A stretch of 64,000 bases of DNA from Oscillospiraceae bacterium (GCA_902762875.1 CACWPS010000003.1:94550-158549); one strand, 5' to 3'; shown: positions 10,089 through 19,995, numbered from the stretch's first letter. Numbers and translations: made by a program. Notes: generated by a model not told the origin, from the letters alone.

Positions 10089-10318
10089 GCCTCACCCTCG
10101 CTTTCAACATATATTTCCTTTGCGTGCTCCCGTCTTATGGTAAGCTCATAGCCTCTAAGGGTTATTTCAATCGGGTCCCCTAAGGGGGCTATTTTAATAA
10201 CCTTTACCTTAGTGCCGGGAATAAGCCCCATATCTAAAAGGCGAAGTCTAAGTGCGCCCTCACCCTTTACAGCGGTAATAACCGCTTCTTTTCCTATGCC
10301 TAAATCGTTTAGAGTCAT
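10085..10318 (-). CDS. feoA: FeoA family protein
   Basis: 77 aa SH3-like FeoA pattern (LRLRLLDMGLIPGTKVKV). It overlaps the feoB start by 4 nt. Confidence 0.85.
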   Translation of the reverse strand: MTLNDLGIGKEAVITAVKGEGALRLRLLDMGLIPGTKVKVIKIAPLGDPIEITLRGYELTIRREHAKEIYVESEGEA

Positions 10319-10325
10319 TTACTTT

Positions 10326-11510
10326 TTACCGTCCTGTAAAGTCGTTGTCAAAGGTTATAACACAGCAGTAGGTGGGATTGATTTTTTTAGCGCTTTCGGA
10401 AATACGCTCTTCTAATTCCTTGTGTGTTAGCTTAACCGCCGAGGGCACCACAACATCAAAAATCAGGTTTGTGCGTTTTTCGCCCGACGGGGTCATACGG
10501 AAATCGTGAACAGACATACCCTCATCAATTTCCTTAACGGCTTTTATAATTCCTTCCTTAGCCTTAGCTACCGCCTCGTTGTTTACATCAATAGGGTCCA
10601 TATGTATTACAAGGGAAATATTGAGCTTTTCGTCAACCAGCTTTTCGCAAAGGTCGATTTGCTCATGGCATTTAACAATGTCGCTGTCCTGCGGGACTTC
10701 CACATGCACCGAGGCAAACTGCCTGCCGGGACCGTAATTATGTACTATAAGGTCGTGAATGCCTTTGAACTCTTCAAAGGAAAGAATGGTACTTTCAATA
10801 TCTTCAATCAGCTTTTTTTCGGGGGGAGTGCCCAAAATCTCATTAAGGGTATCCTTAGCCGAGACAAGCCCCGAATAGAGTATAAATATCGCAACAAAAA
10901 TACCCATTACAGCGTCAAGGTTAAAGGGGAGTTCAACTAACATAGATACGCCCACCGAAATTAAAATCACCGTGGTGGCAACCATATCGTTAAGGGAGTC
11001 CTGTGCGGTGGCAAGTAAAGCTTCGGAATCAATCTTTTTGCCGAGCTTGCGGTTAAATAGGCACATCCAGAGCTTGACAAGCACCGAAACGGCGAGAATT
11101 ATAATAGCCCATACCGAGTATGTAGGTGCACTTTCTCCCGTGACAAGCGACGAAATCGAGGATTTAAACAGCTCCGCTCCTACAAGCAGTATCAGCACCG
11201 ATACGATAAAGGCGGACATATACTCCATTCTGCCGTGGCCGAAGGGGTGGTCGCTGTCCGCAGGCTTGCCCGCCATTTTAAAGCCTATCATTGTAATGAC
11301 GGATGAGCCCATATCGGAGAGGTTGTTAAGCCCGTCCGCCACAATCGAGATACTGGCGGTTACAAGCCCTACGGTAATTTTAAGCGCACATAGACACAAG
11401 TTGCAGGCTATGCCCACTGCACCGCCCAAAGTCCCGTATTTAAGCCGTACCGTGTTGTCACTTACATCCTCGCTGTTTTTAATAAACAGCTTTACTAAAA
11501 GCTTGGTCAT
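10326..11510 (-). CDS. Cation diffusion facilitator family transporter
   Basis: Six-TM CDF core with ADGLNNLSD and DHPFGHGRMEY motifs, plus a C-terminal cytoplasmic domain. Confidence 0.9.
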   Translation of the reverse strand: MTKLLVKLFIKNSEDVSDNTVRLKYGTLGGAVGIACNLCLCALKITVGLVTASISIVADGLNNLSDMGSSVITMIGFKMAGKPADSDHPFGHGRMEYMSAFIVSVLILLVGAELFKSSISSLVTGESAPTYSVWAIIILAVSVLVKLWMCLFNRKLGKKIDSEALLATAQDSLNDMVATTVILISVGVSMLVELPFNLDAVMGIFVAIFILYSGLVSAKDTLNEILGTPPEKKLIEDIESTILSFEEFKGIHDLIVHNYGPGRQFASVHVEVPQDSDIVKCHEQIDLCEKLVDEKLNISLVIHMDPIDVNNEAVAKAKEGIIKAVKEIDEGMSVHDFRMTPSGEKRTNLIFDVVVPSAVKLTHKELEERISESAKKINPTYCCVITFDNDFTGR

Positions 11511-12700
11511 TAAAGCTTCGCTCCTTTTGCTCCTTTAGTGCCAAAGGATACACCCGAAAGAATGTTGGTATCAATAGTGTAGGTTAAATTCTCACGGTTG
11601 CGCTGACGGGAGAAGGCAAGGTCAACCAATTTATCTATCATATCGGTATATTTAAGCCCGGTCGGCTCCCAAAGATAAAAGGCGAGAGAGCCGGGGATAG
11701 TGTTAATTTCGTTGGCGTAAACCTTGTCGGTTTCGGTGTCAATAAGAAAATCTATTCGCACTACGCCCGAAGCGCCGATAGCCTTAAATATATCACAGGC
11801 AAGTCTTTTAATCTCGGTCGCCTTTTCTTCGCTTATATCGGCGGGAATTTTTCTGCCTAAGGAAGCCATACCCTTTGATGCTCCGCCCTTTTTATTTGAC
11901 ATATACTTATCCTCATAGGAGAGAATTTCGTCATTCATAAAGGGTTCTTCGCAAACGCTGGCCTCGCAGGAATCAGCGTCCCCAATAACCGAACAGTTGA
12001 TTTCACGAAGGTTATTTACGGCGTGTTCGGCTAAAATTTTATCGGCAAATGAAGCGGCAAGGGTGATAGCCTCGTCAAGACCGTCCTTATCCTTCACCTT
12101 GGTAATACCCACGCTTGAACCTAAGTTTACGGGCTTAATAATAAGCGGGAAACCCACCTTTTCTTCAATTTCGGCGGTGATTTTTTGTTTTTCAAGCATA
12201 TATTCACGGGAGCGGAAAGTGACGCAGTCAAGCACGGGGAGCCCCGCAGACTTTAAAACATCCTTAAATACCGCCTTGTCCATTCCCACAGCGGCGGAGA
12301 GTATATCGCACCCGATATAGGGAAGACCTAAGTATTCAAGATAGCCCGCAACCGTGCCGTCCTCGCAGTTTGTGCCGTGGACTATCGGGAAGGCAAGGTC
12401 TATTTTAACATCCTTTTTCTTGCTAAAGAAACTGCTGTTTTCATAAACCATATAAACGCCGCCGTTTTTGCGGGCTAATAAAACAGGCTCGCTGTTTTTT
12501 AATAGCTCTGGCAGATTTCTGTAATTCTCGATTTCAAAAAGGGCGTTTCCTGTATACATTTCGCCGCTTTTTGTAACATAAATGGGGGTGACATCATATT
12601 TTTCACGCTTAATAGCCCTCATTGCCTGAACGGCGGAAATAATAGAAACCTCATGCTCCACCGAGCGGCAGCCGAAAATTACTGCGATATTTGTTTTCAT
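11510..12700 (-). CDS. ddl: D-alanine--D-alanine ligase (long form)
   Basis: ATP-grasp enzyme. The N-terminus IAVIFGCRSVEHEVS and the C-terminal EINTIPG motif match Ddl. It is adjacent to murF. Confidence 0.9.
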   Translation of the reverse strand: MKTNIAVIFGCRSVEHEVSIISAVQAMRAIKREKYDVTPIYVTKSGEMYTGNALFEIENYRNLPELLKNSEPVLLARKNGGVYMVYENSSFFSKKKDVKIDLAFPIVHGTNCEDGTVAGYLEYLGLPYIGCDILSAAVGMDKAVFKDVLKSAGLPVLDCVTFRSREYMLEKQKITAEIEEKVGFPLIIKPVNLGSSVGITKVKDKDGLDEAITLAASFADKILAEHAVNNLREINCSVIGDADSCEASVCEEPFMNDEILSYEDKYMSNKKGGASKGMASLGRKIPADISEEKATEIKRLACDIFKAIGASGVVRIDFLIDTETDKVYANEINTIPGSLAFYLWEPTGLKYTDMIDKLVDLAFSRQRNRENLTYTIDTNILSGVSFGTKGAKGAKL

Positions 12701-12719
12701 ATAATCACCTTTTTTGATT

Positions 12720-14300
12720 TTAGTTTAAATAATTGTCAGGCAGGTCGTTTTCAAGTAGAACCACCGTATTTTTATCGGCAATTTTGCTGTAAATTTCCAT
12801 AGCCTCTTTAAAGCTTTTAACCACATAAAGATTATCGGGATTAAAGGCGACAGACTCTGCACCGTCCCTTAACGGCTTTGAGCGGTTAAGCCCTACAAGT
12901 ATAATTATATCACACTTTTTGGCGGCTTCAAGACCCAGTGCAAAGTTACAGTCATATTCCTTTGCGCCAAGCTCAATAAGCCCGGGGGTTACGATAACCT
13001 TTTTCATATTATCAAAGGAGCTTAGCACTCGTACCGCCTCGAGACAGCCCTCGGGGTTGGCGTTATAAGCATCGTCAATAAGGGTTGAGCCGTTGATGTA
13101 TGTTTTTAGTTCCAATCTGTGCTCGGTGGGCTTTAGAGAGGAAACCGCAAAGCGGATATTTTCGGGGGTAACGCCAAGTCTTAAAGCAAGCGCCGCCGCA
13201 CCTGTAATGTTAATAATACTGTGAAGCCCCAAAAGCCGTGAAGAAAGCGGAATTTCGGATTTATCCGAAACTACGGTAAACTCCGAGCCGTTTGGGCCGT
13301 AGGAAATATCTTTTGCTTTAGCGTCAAAATCCCCCGTGCCGTAAAGGGTGTACAGAGATTTATCTGCTCGCTTGATGAGCTCCGCACTGTCGCCGTTTAC
13401 AAACACCTCGCCGCCGTTTTTAAGTACCTCGTCTGCCAACTCAAACTTGGTTTTAAAAACATTGTCTACAGTTTTAAAGGTTTCAAGGTGCTGTTCGCCC
13501 ACCGAGGTGATTATGCCGTATTTCGGGTGGACAATATCGCAGATTTCCTTAATATCGCCTACATTTTTAGCCCCCATTTCGCAGATGAAAATTTGGGTTT
13601 GGGGCTCGATTTTTTCACGGATAGTGCGAACTACACCCATAGGCGTGTTAAAGCTTTGTGGGGTGGCGACAACGTTGTATTTCTCGCTTAAAATACGGCT
13701 TAAAATAAATTTTGTAGTGGTTTTGCCGTAGCTCCCCGTAACACCTATTACGGTAAGACCGCTATGCTCCCTTAAAATGCGCTTTGCGTCGTTAATATAC
13801 CACCGAGAAATGAGCTTTTCCACAGGCGCGGTAATTAAACGGGAGAGGAGCGCTGTAAGGGGAGAGATAAAGGAAAAAATAAGGGTTAGCAGAACAAAAA
13901 TTTCACCAAGGGGTTTTTTAATTATTACATAAAGCAATATAAAGACAGCAAGCAGTATTGCCGCCGCCCCAAAGAGTCGCTTGATTCTGCCTGTAAAAAC
14001 AAGCTTTTTTATGGATTTTTTCTGTGTTTTAACCGCTAAAGCAATTCTTATTGTGAGAACCAAGCAGGTATATACAAGTAATATGGTGTAAAGCTTTACC
14101 GAAACAAGCAAAGCGGCAAAGGCAAAGCCTATTAATTCTAAGCTTAGCGGCACAGCATAGCTTTCCCGAACCCAAGGAAGATAGCGAGAGGGGAAATAGG
14201 AATTTTGCTGGAGCATCTGGTACTGCCTTACAAGGGAGAACAGTCCCGAAACAGATGCTATAATAACGGAAATAAGTAAAATTATATTCATTTCGTTCAC
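12720..14300 (-). CDS. murF: MurF-like UDP-MurNAc-tripeptide--D-Ala-D-Ala ligase with an N-terminal multi-TM extension
   Basis: Mur ligase P-loop GVTGSYGKTTTK, DDAYNANP and PGLIELG motifs. The first ~165 aa are hydrophobic helices rather than the usual soluble N-domain. Confidence 0.8.
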   Translation of the reverse strand: MNEMNIILLISVIIASVSGLFSLVRQYQMLQQNSYFPSRYLPWVRESYAVPLSLELIGFAFAALLVSVKLYTILLVYTCLVLTIRIALAVKTQKKSIKKLVFTGRIKRLFGAAAILLAVFILLYVIIKKPLGEIFVLLTLIFSFISPLTALLSRLITAPVEKLISRWYINDAKRILREHSGLTVIGVTGSYGKTTTKFILSRILSEKYNVVATPQSFNTPMGVVRTIREKIEPQTQIFICEMGAKNVGDIKEICDIVHPKYGIITSVGEQHLETFKTVDNVFKTKFELADEVLKNGGEVFVNGDSAELIKRADKSLYTLYGTGDFDAKAKDISYGPNGSEFTVVSDKSEIPLSSRLLGLHSIINITGAAALALRLGVTPENIRFAVSSLKPTEHRLELKTYINGSTLIDDAYNANPEGCLEAVRVLSSFDNMKKVIVTPGLIELGAKEYDCNFALGLEAAKKCDIIILVGLNRSKPLRDGAESVAFNPDNLYVVKSFKEAMEIYSKIADKNTVVLLENDLPDNYLN

Positions 14301-14303
14301 TTC

Positions 14304-15062
14304 CTAATTAATAAAGCTTTTTAAGATAGCCGCCGCCTGATAGGGCTGTTCGCAGAATGAATAATGCCCCGCACCCTTTATTACGCAAAGCCCCGAATCG
14401 GGGATAAGGCTTTTAATAATTTCAGCGTCGGAAAGGGGGGTCGCCGTATCATTTTCACCCCAGATAAGCAATGTGGGGCAGGAAATATTGCTTATAATAT
14501 CCCTTAAATCGGTATTTACAAGGGATACCATTGTTTTGCGCAGTACCTCGGGAGCGGCGTTGTAGTCCGCCGAGCCGTAATGCTTACGGGCTTTATCAAG
14601 AAGACATGCCGAATGATTTTTTATAACAGGCAGGGTAAGCACCCGCTTAATTGCCTTAAAGCTTTTTGCCCTTATTTTTTGCTTTGCGCTTTTTTTAGGT
14701 ATCAGCCCTGCGGAATCAAGTAAAACTATTTTAGGCGGGGTTACCATATTAGTAGCCGCCATTTTAAGTACTACTCTGCCGCCGTGAGAGTGGCCTATCA
14801 TAATAGGATTATCAAGATTTACGGCCTTCATAAATTTAAGCACAAAATCGCAGTAATCATCTAAATTCCAAGGTTCTTCCATAGTGTCCGACCCGCCGCA
14901 GCCGGGGAAGTTTACCGCCACAAGTCTACAGCGGTCGCAAAGTGCCGATATTATACCGCCGTAAACCTCATAAGAGGAGTTCCAGCCGTGCAAAAGCAGA
15001 ACGGGAATACCCGCACCCTTTTCGGTATATTCTATGTTTAGACCGTCAACAGTAATATTCAT
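14304..15062 (-). CDS. Alpha/beta hydrolase
   Basis: LLLHGW oxyanion region and GHSHGG nucleophile elbow. 252 aa. Confidence 0.8.
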   Translation of the reverse strand: MNITVDGLNIEYTEKGAGIPVLLLHGWNSSYEVYGGIISALCDRCRLVAVNFPGCGGSDTMEEPWNLDDYCDFVLKFMKAVNLDNPIMIGHSHGGRVVLKMAATNMVTPPKIVLLDSAGLIPKKSAKQKIRAKSFKAIKRVLTLPVIKNHSACLLDKARKHYGSADYNAAPEVLRKTMVSLVNTDLRDIISNISCPTLLIWGENDTATPLSDAEIIKSLIPDSGLCVIKGAGHYSFCEQPYQAAAILKSFIN

Positions 15063-15113
15063 AACTCTCTCCGTCCGTAAACTGTAATATATAATTAGTA
15101 ATCCTGAAAATAT

Positions 15114-15122
15114 ATTATACCA
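15114..15122 (-). promoter_or_regulatory. Candidate extended -10 promoter (TGgTATAAT) for the hydrolase-murF-ddl...feo unit
   Basis: The minus strand reads TTTTTGGTATAAT about 50 nt upstream of the 15062 start. There is no good -35. Confidence 0.35.
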
Positions 15123-15263
15123 AAAACAGCCTCAAAAAAAAAGACTTTTTTAAAAAATATACCATTTCAGGCAAATTTATTTAATTGACTGAATTTATTT
15201 ACAAATTTGTCATTTACTTTTTCGCATGAAAAGTGTAAAATATAATTTAATAAAAACACGGAG

Positions 15264-15584
15264 GTGTTTTGTTTGGCAAGAAAAATGGCAGATGAAATTC
15301 TCGAAGCCGAAAGGGGTGCCGAAAGGATTATTTCGGACGCAGAAAGAAAAGCGACGGAAATATCCGACAATGCAAAGCTTAAAGCGGCGGAGGAATCGGC
15401 ACGCATATTAGAGGCGGCTGAGGAAAAGGCTGAAAAAACGGTTGAGGCGGCAAAGGCTAAAGCCGAAGCAAAAAAGCAGGATGCCGAAAAACAGGCGGAT
15501 GGCATTAAGGCCGAGCTTGATACTAAGTATACGCAAAATATCGGCGGAGCGTTAGCCGCTGCGACAGAAATTTTGTTTAATTAA
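15264..15584 (+). CDS. V/A-type ATPase small peripheral-stalk subunit (G/H-like), Ala/Glu/Lys-rich coiled coil
   Basis: It is the first gene of the V-ATPase operon. The composition (AEKKATEISDNAKLKAAEE...) is typical of stalk subunits. The start is uncertain: GTG 15264, TTG 15273 or ATG 15285. Confidence 0.55.
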   Translation: MFCLARKMADEILEAERGAERIISDAERKATEISDNAKLKAAEESARILEAAEEKAEKTVEAAKAKAEAKKQDAEKQADGIKAELDTKYTQNIGGALAAATEILFN

Positions 15585-15606
15585 AATTTGATTAATAAAG
15601 GCAAGT

Positions 15607-17625
15607 GTGGTGATAGGTTTGGCTAAGCTTAAATGTAAGCTTGTAAACATTTATGCTTCCGATACCGAGGCGGCGGCAGTTATGAAAAGACTGCAGGAAA
15701 TGTCGATTATCGATATTGATACGGCGGCTTCGGACGAGGAGACCTCTGTTTTGCATGAGGGTTATTTTAAGACCGATACTACGGATAAGATAAACGCATA
15801 CGAGCGAAATGCCGAAGCCGCAGAAAATGCGGTTAAAATACTGAATCAGCGATTTCCCGAAAAAAAGGGAATTGCGGGGCTTTTCGGCTCTGCAAGGGAG
15901 CTTACTGCCGAGGAGTTTTATTTGAAGCGGGAGCAGATTGAAAAGGCTTTATCCCTTGCTAATGATGTTATAGAGAATGACCGTAAAATAGCAGAGCAAA
16001 AGGCAGAGATTGTGCGCCTTAACACAACAAGGGAGCAGATGCTTCCTTGGGAGCCCCTTGATGTCCCGCTTTCCTTTTCGGGAACGGCGAAAACAAGGGC
16101 GTTTATAGGCACGGTAGCGGGAATTTATACCCTTGATACCCTTAATGAAAAATTAGCCGAATTAGACCCTGAAATCTCGCTTTATACAGAGATAGTTAAT
16201 ACGGGAAAGGATATAACCTATATTTTTGCCTGCTGTCCTAAAGAGGAACAGGAGCGGTCAGAGACGGTGTTAAGATCCCTTTCCTTTGCAAGACCTGCAC
16301 AGATTACCTCGAAATTACCGAGGGATAAGATTGCTTCTAAGGAAGAGCGTGCGGATAAATGCAGGGAGAAAATCGAGAATTACCTTGCAAAAATAAAGGA
16401 AATATCCGAAAGCCGTTATGAGGTTGAAAACCTTGCGGATTATTGCAGGGCTAAGGCCGAAAACTTCCGTGCGGCGGGGGAAATAGCAAGAACATCGCAT
16501 ACGGTGCTTATTAAAGGCTATGTTGCCGAGCGGGATTTGCCTTATCTTGAAAAAGAGCTAAAGAAGAAGTTTACCGTTGTAATTGAGGCTGAGGACGCTA
16601 ATGAGGAATTAGCCCCCGTAGTCCTTCAAAACAACGCTTTTGCAAGACCTGCCGAGACTTTGGTTAAGATGTACTCATTACCGGGCCCTCGGGATATTGA
16701 CCCTTCCCCCGTAACAGGCTTTTTCTACTACCTGTTTTTCGGAATGATGTTTTCGGACGCAGGCTACGGCCTTATAATGATAATCGCAACGAGCATAGCG
16801 CTGGCAAAGTTTAAGCTGTCACGCTCAATGCGGCAGAATATGCGGCTCTTCCAGTACTGCGGCATATCCACCTTTTTGTGGGGACTTGTGTACGGCAGTT
16901 TCTTTGGAGACAGTATAGCGGTTATAAGCGAAAGGTTCTTCGGTCATAGGGTGGCTTTGCCCGCACTTATTGACCCGATGAACGGCGATGCGGTAACCCT
17001 TTTGATATTAAGCCTTGCATTGGGTCTTGTTGAAATTATCGCAGGACTTTGCGCAAAATTTGCAACCTGTATGAAAAACGGGGATAAGGCGGGAGCCTTC
17101 TTTGACGCAGGGCTTTGGATTACAACCCTTACGGGTATCGCACTTGTGGCTTTAGGCTTTGTGACAGTTCCGATTATTAAAAATATCGGTATAGTTATGG
17201 CTTTAGCATCGGTTGCAGGTCTTATATTAACCCAAGGCAGAGATAAGAAAAACCCGATTATGCGGCTGTTTTCGGGTATTGCTTCCCTTTACGATATTAC
17301 AAGCTATGTAAGCGATTTGCTTTCCTTCTCCCGACTTATGGCATTAGGACTTACAACCTCCGCAATGAGTGCGGTGTTTAATATGTTAAGTGCAATGGGC
17401 GGAAAAAGCATAGGCGGCTTTATATTGCTGATTATCGTTTTCCCGCTGGGGCACGCAATAAACTTCGGACTGAATGTTTTGGGCGCATATGTTCATACAC
17501 TAAGACTTCAGTATGTAGAGTTGTTCTCAAAATTCTACGAGGGCGGCGGCAGAGAATTCAAACCTTTTTCATTCAAATCAAAATACACCGATTTGAATGT
17601 GCAAAATATTAAGGAGGAAAATTAA
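15607..17625 (+). CDS. ntpI: V-type ATPase subunit I (membrane a-type subunit)
   Basis: 672 aa with a cytoplasmic coiled-coil N-half and a polytopic C-half. Its position before the proteolipid gene fits. The start is uncertain: GTG 15607 or TTG 15619. Confidence 0.9.
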   Translation: MVIGLAKLKCKLVNIYASDTEAAAVMKRLQEMSIIDIDTAASDEETSVLHEGYFKTDTTDKINAYERNAEAAENAVKILNQRFPEKKGIAGLFGSARELTAEEFYLKREQIEKALSLANDVIENDRKIAEQKAEIVRLNTTREQMLPWEPLDVPLSFSGTAKTRAFIGTVAGIYTLDTLNEKLAELDPEISLYTEIVNTGKDITYIFACCPKEEQERSETVLRSLSFARPAQITSKLPRDKIASKEERADKCREKIENYLAKIKEISESRYEVENLADYCRAKAENFRAAGEIARTSHTVLIKGYVAERDLPYLEKELKKKFTVVIEAEDANEELAPVVLQNNAFARPAETLVKMYSLPGPRDIDPSPVTGFFYYLFFGMMFSDAGYGLIMIIATSIALAKFKLSRSMRQNMRLFQYCGISTFLWGLVYGSFFGDSIAVISERFFGHRVALPALIDPMNGDAVTLLILSLALGLVEIIAGLCAKFATCMKNGDKAGAFFDAGLWITTLTGIALVALGFVTVPIIKNIGIVMALASVAGLILTQGRDKKNPIMRLFSGIASLYDITSYVSDLLSFSRLMALGLTTSAMSAVFNMLSAMGGKSIGGFILLIIVFPLGHAINFGLNVLGAYVHTLRLQYVELFSKFYEGGGREFKPFSFKSKYTDLNVQNIKEEN

Positions 17626-17626
17626 A

Positions 17627-18091
17627 ATGACTTTAGGTACAGTTTTAGCACTTGCAGGTGCGGCATTGGCAACAATTTTGGCAGGTATAGGTTCTGCTAA
17701 GGGCGTAGGTATGGCCTGTGAGGTAGGTATGGGCGTTCTCGCAGAGGATTCCTCAAAATTCGGTAAAATGCTGGTTTTAGAGCTTCTCCCGGGTACACAG
17801 GGTCTTTACGGCTTCATCGTTTCCTTTATCGTGCTTACCAAAATCGGCGTTTTCGGCGGTTCTGCTGACCTTGCTACTTGGGAGGGCGGAATGATTCTTG
17901 CCGCCTGTCTTCCTATCGCTATCGGCGGACTTATGTCGGGTATTTCCCAGGGAAAAGCCGCAGTAGCAGGTATTTCGCTTTTTGCTAAGGACGACAGCGC
18001 CTTCCCGAAGGCTCTCGTATCCATAACACTTGTTGAAATTTACGCTCTGCTTGCCTTCCTGGTTTCTTTCCTTACCGTAATTCTTCTCTAA
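17627..18091 (+). CDS. ntpK: V-type ATPase subunit K (16-kDa-type proteolipid)
   Basis: The ATG at 17627 follows AAGGAGG. It has four TM helices. It is close to the Enterococcus hirae NtpK sequence as I recall it (LLPGTQGLYGF, SGISQGK, LVEIYALLAF). Confidence 0.9.
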   Translation: MTLGTVLALAGAALATILAGIGSAKGVGMACEVGMGVLAEDSSKFGKMLVLELLPGTQGLYGFIVSFIVLTKIGVFGGSADLATWEGGMILAACLPIAIGGLMSGISQGKAAVAGISLFAKDDSAFPKALVSITLVEIYALLAFLVSFLTVILL

Positions 18092-18101
18092 GGTGATAAA
18101 A

Positions 18102-18677
18102 ATGACCTCAAGTGAAAAAATACTTGCCGGTATAACTGCTAAGGCAGAGGAGACCGCAAAGGGGATAATTTCCGCCGCCGAAGAAAAGGCAGAGGAAGCA
18201 GTCGCTATTGCGGTTAAAGAAGCCGAAAAACAGGCAGAGATAATTGCCGCCGAAGCAGATAAAAAAGCCGCTTTGACAGAAAGCACAGGCAACTCTGCGG
18301 CGCAGTTGGTCTTAAGGGACGCAAGGCTTACAAAAAAGCGTGAGCTTATCGAAAAGGCGCTTGATGAGGTTATCGTCGGCATAAATAGTTACGATGATAA
18401 AACCTACTTTGACTGCCTTTTAAGGCTTGCAAAAAAGAATGCTATGAGCGGTAAGGGCGAAATGCTCCTTTCAACCCGTGATTTATCCCGTGATAAGGGC
18501 GATTTTGCAAAAGTATTAGAGGTGCTTTCTGTAACCCTAAGCGATACCCCTGCGGATATTAACGGCGGTTTTATCCTTAAATACGGCGATATAATTATTA
18601 ACTGCGAGCTGTCGGCGCTAATGCGTGAAAAGCGTGATGAAATAACCGATAAGCTTAATACTGCACTTTTCGGTTAA
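18102..18677 (+). CDS. ntpE: V-type ATPase subunit E
   Basis: About 190 aa with an Ala/Glu/Lys-rich N-terminal helix then a globular C-terminus. Operon position fits. Confidence 0.85.
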   Translation: MTSSEKILAGITAKAEETAKGIISAAEEKAEEAVAIAVKEAEKQAEIIAAEADKKAALTESTGNSAAQLVLRDARLTKKRELIEKALDEVIVGINSYDDKTYFDCLLRLAKKNAMSGKGEMLLSTRDLSRDKGDFAKVLEVLSVTLSDTPADINGGFILKYGDIIINCELSALMREKRDEITDKLNTALFG

Positions 18678-18690
18678 AGAGGGTGAAACT

Positions 18691-19668
18691 ATGTCAGTTA
18701 AATCCGTTGGTTTTGCCATAGGAAACTTAAGGGCGAGGGAAAACAGGCTTTTAAAGGCGGGAGACCTTAATCAACTTTCCGCCGCTAAAAACACAGAGGA
18801 GCTTGCCAAAATGCTTTTGGACAGGGGAATCGGTGCTACCGATACCGCCGATGTTCCAAAGCTTTTAAGCGAGGAAACTGAAAAGCTTTGGAAGTATGTT
18901 ACCGAAAACGCCCCCGATATGTCGGCATTTGAGCCCTTTTTGTATGAAAACGATTTTCATAACTATAAGGCGGTGCTTAAGGGCGTGGTGCGCAGTAGGG
19001 AATATGAGAGTCTCCTTATTCTTCCCGCTACGGTGGAAACATCTGCCCTTGAGAGGGCGGTAAAGGAAAAGCGTTTTGACCTACTGCCTGAGTTTATGCG
19101 TTCTGCGGCAGAGGAAGCCTATTCCGTCTTCACAAAAACGGGGGACAGCCAGCTTGCCGACTGCATAATTGATGCTGGACTTATGACAGCCCAACTCGAA
19201 AAAGCGAAAAAAATCGGCAACCCTGTGATTTTAAAGCTTATAACCGTTATCGTTTTTTATAACAATATAAAGGCCGCTTTGCGGGGTGCAAAGGCGAATA
19301 AATCCGCCGCTTTTTTGGAGACTGCCCTTACCGAAACGGGTGTTGTTTCAAAAAAAGCAATGATTTTGGCGGCGCTTGGCGGGGAAGAAAAGCTTTTGGA
19401 GCTTATGTCTAAGGCGACAGAGCTTGGCGGAGCTGAAGCTGCAGAAGCCTACAGGAGTTCCCCTGCGGAGCTTGAAAAATTTGCCGAAGACCGCATTATA
19501 AATACCGCAAAACAGTGTAAGTTTATTACGGTGGGAATCGAGCCGATAATAGGCTATATGTTAGCCCGCAAGGCGGAAATTACCGACCTTCGCATAATTT
19601 ACAGCGGTATTAAAACAGGTCAGCCCACCGAAAAAACAAGGGAAAGGCTGCGTGAGCTTTATGGTTAA
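18691..19668 (+). CDS. ntpC: V-type ATPase subunit C (d-type)
   Basis: 325 aa all-helical protein in the canonical position between E and F. Confidence 0.85.
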   Translation: MSVKSVGFAIGNLRARENRLLKAGDLNQLSAAKNTEELAKMLLDRGIGATDTADVPKLLSEETEKLWKYVTENAPDMSAFEPFLYENDFHNYKAVLKGVVRSREYESLLILPATVETSALERAVKEKRFDLLPEFMRSAAEEAYSVFTKTGDSQLADCIIDAGLMTAQLEKAKKIGNPVILKLITVIVFYNNIKAALRGAKANKSAAFLETALTETGVVSKKAMILAALGGEEKLLELMSKATELGGAEAAEAYRSSPAELEKFAEDRIINTAKQCKFITVGIEPIIGYMLARKAEITDLRIIYSGIKTGQPTEKTRERLRELYG

Positions 19669-19978
19669 GATAGCGGTTTTAGGCGATACCGAAAGCATTA
19701 AGGGCTTTGCGGCGGTGGGGCTTGACATTTACCCCTGCGATAAAGACTCTGATGCCGAAGAGATTTTTTCAAAAGTCGTAACGGCTGACTATGGTATAAT
19801 TTATGTAACCGAGCGTTTAGTGCCTACACTTAAGCGGCAAATAGATAAAACCGATAAACAGCTTACCCCCTCGGTAGTGCCGATTGTCGGTGTTTCGGGC
19901 AATAACGGCACGGGTACTGCCGCACTTAAGGCGGCGGTGGAAAAGGCAGTCGGCTCGGATATAATTTTTAACAAATAG
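19661..19978 (+). CDS. V-type ATPase subunit F
   Basis: [16 protein letters not shown]... is typical of subunit F. The ATG at 19661 overlaps the subunit C stop. Confidence 0.85.
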   Translation: MVKIAVLGDTESIKGFAAVGLDIYPCDKDSDAEEIFSKVVTADYGIIYVTERLVPTLKRQIDKTDKQLTPSVVPIVGVSGNNGTGTAALKAAVEKAVGSDIIFNK

Positions 19979-19995
19979 CAAAAGGAGATATAAGA

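Noticed and set aside
15134-15157. A9-GAC-T6-A6 homopolymer tract in the divergent promoter region, considered as a slipped-strand phase-variation site.
   Set aside because: It lies upstream of the candidate extended -10 promoter rather than in a -35/-10 spacer or a coding region. AT-rich tracts are common in these intergenic regions, and a single sequence gives no evidence of length variation.
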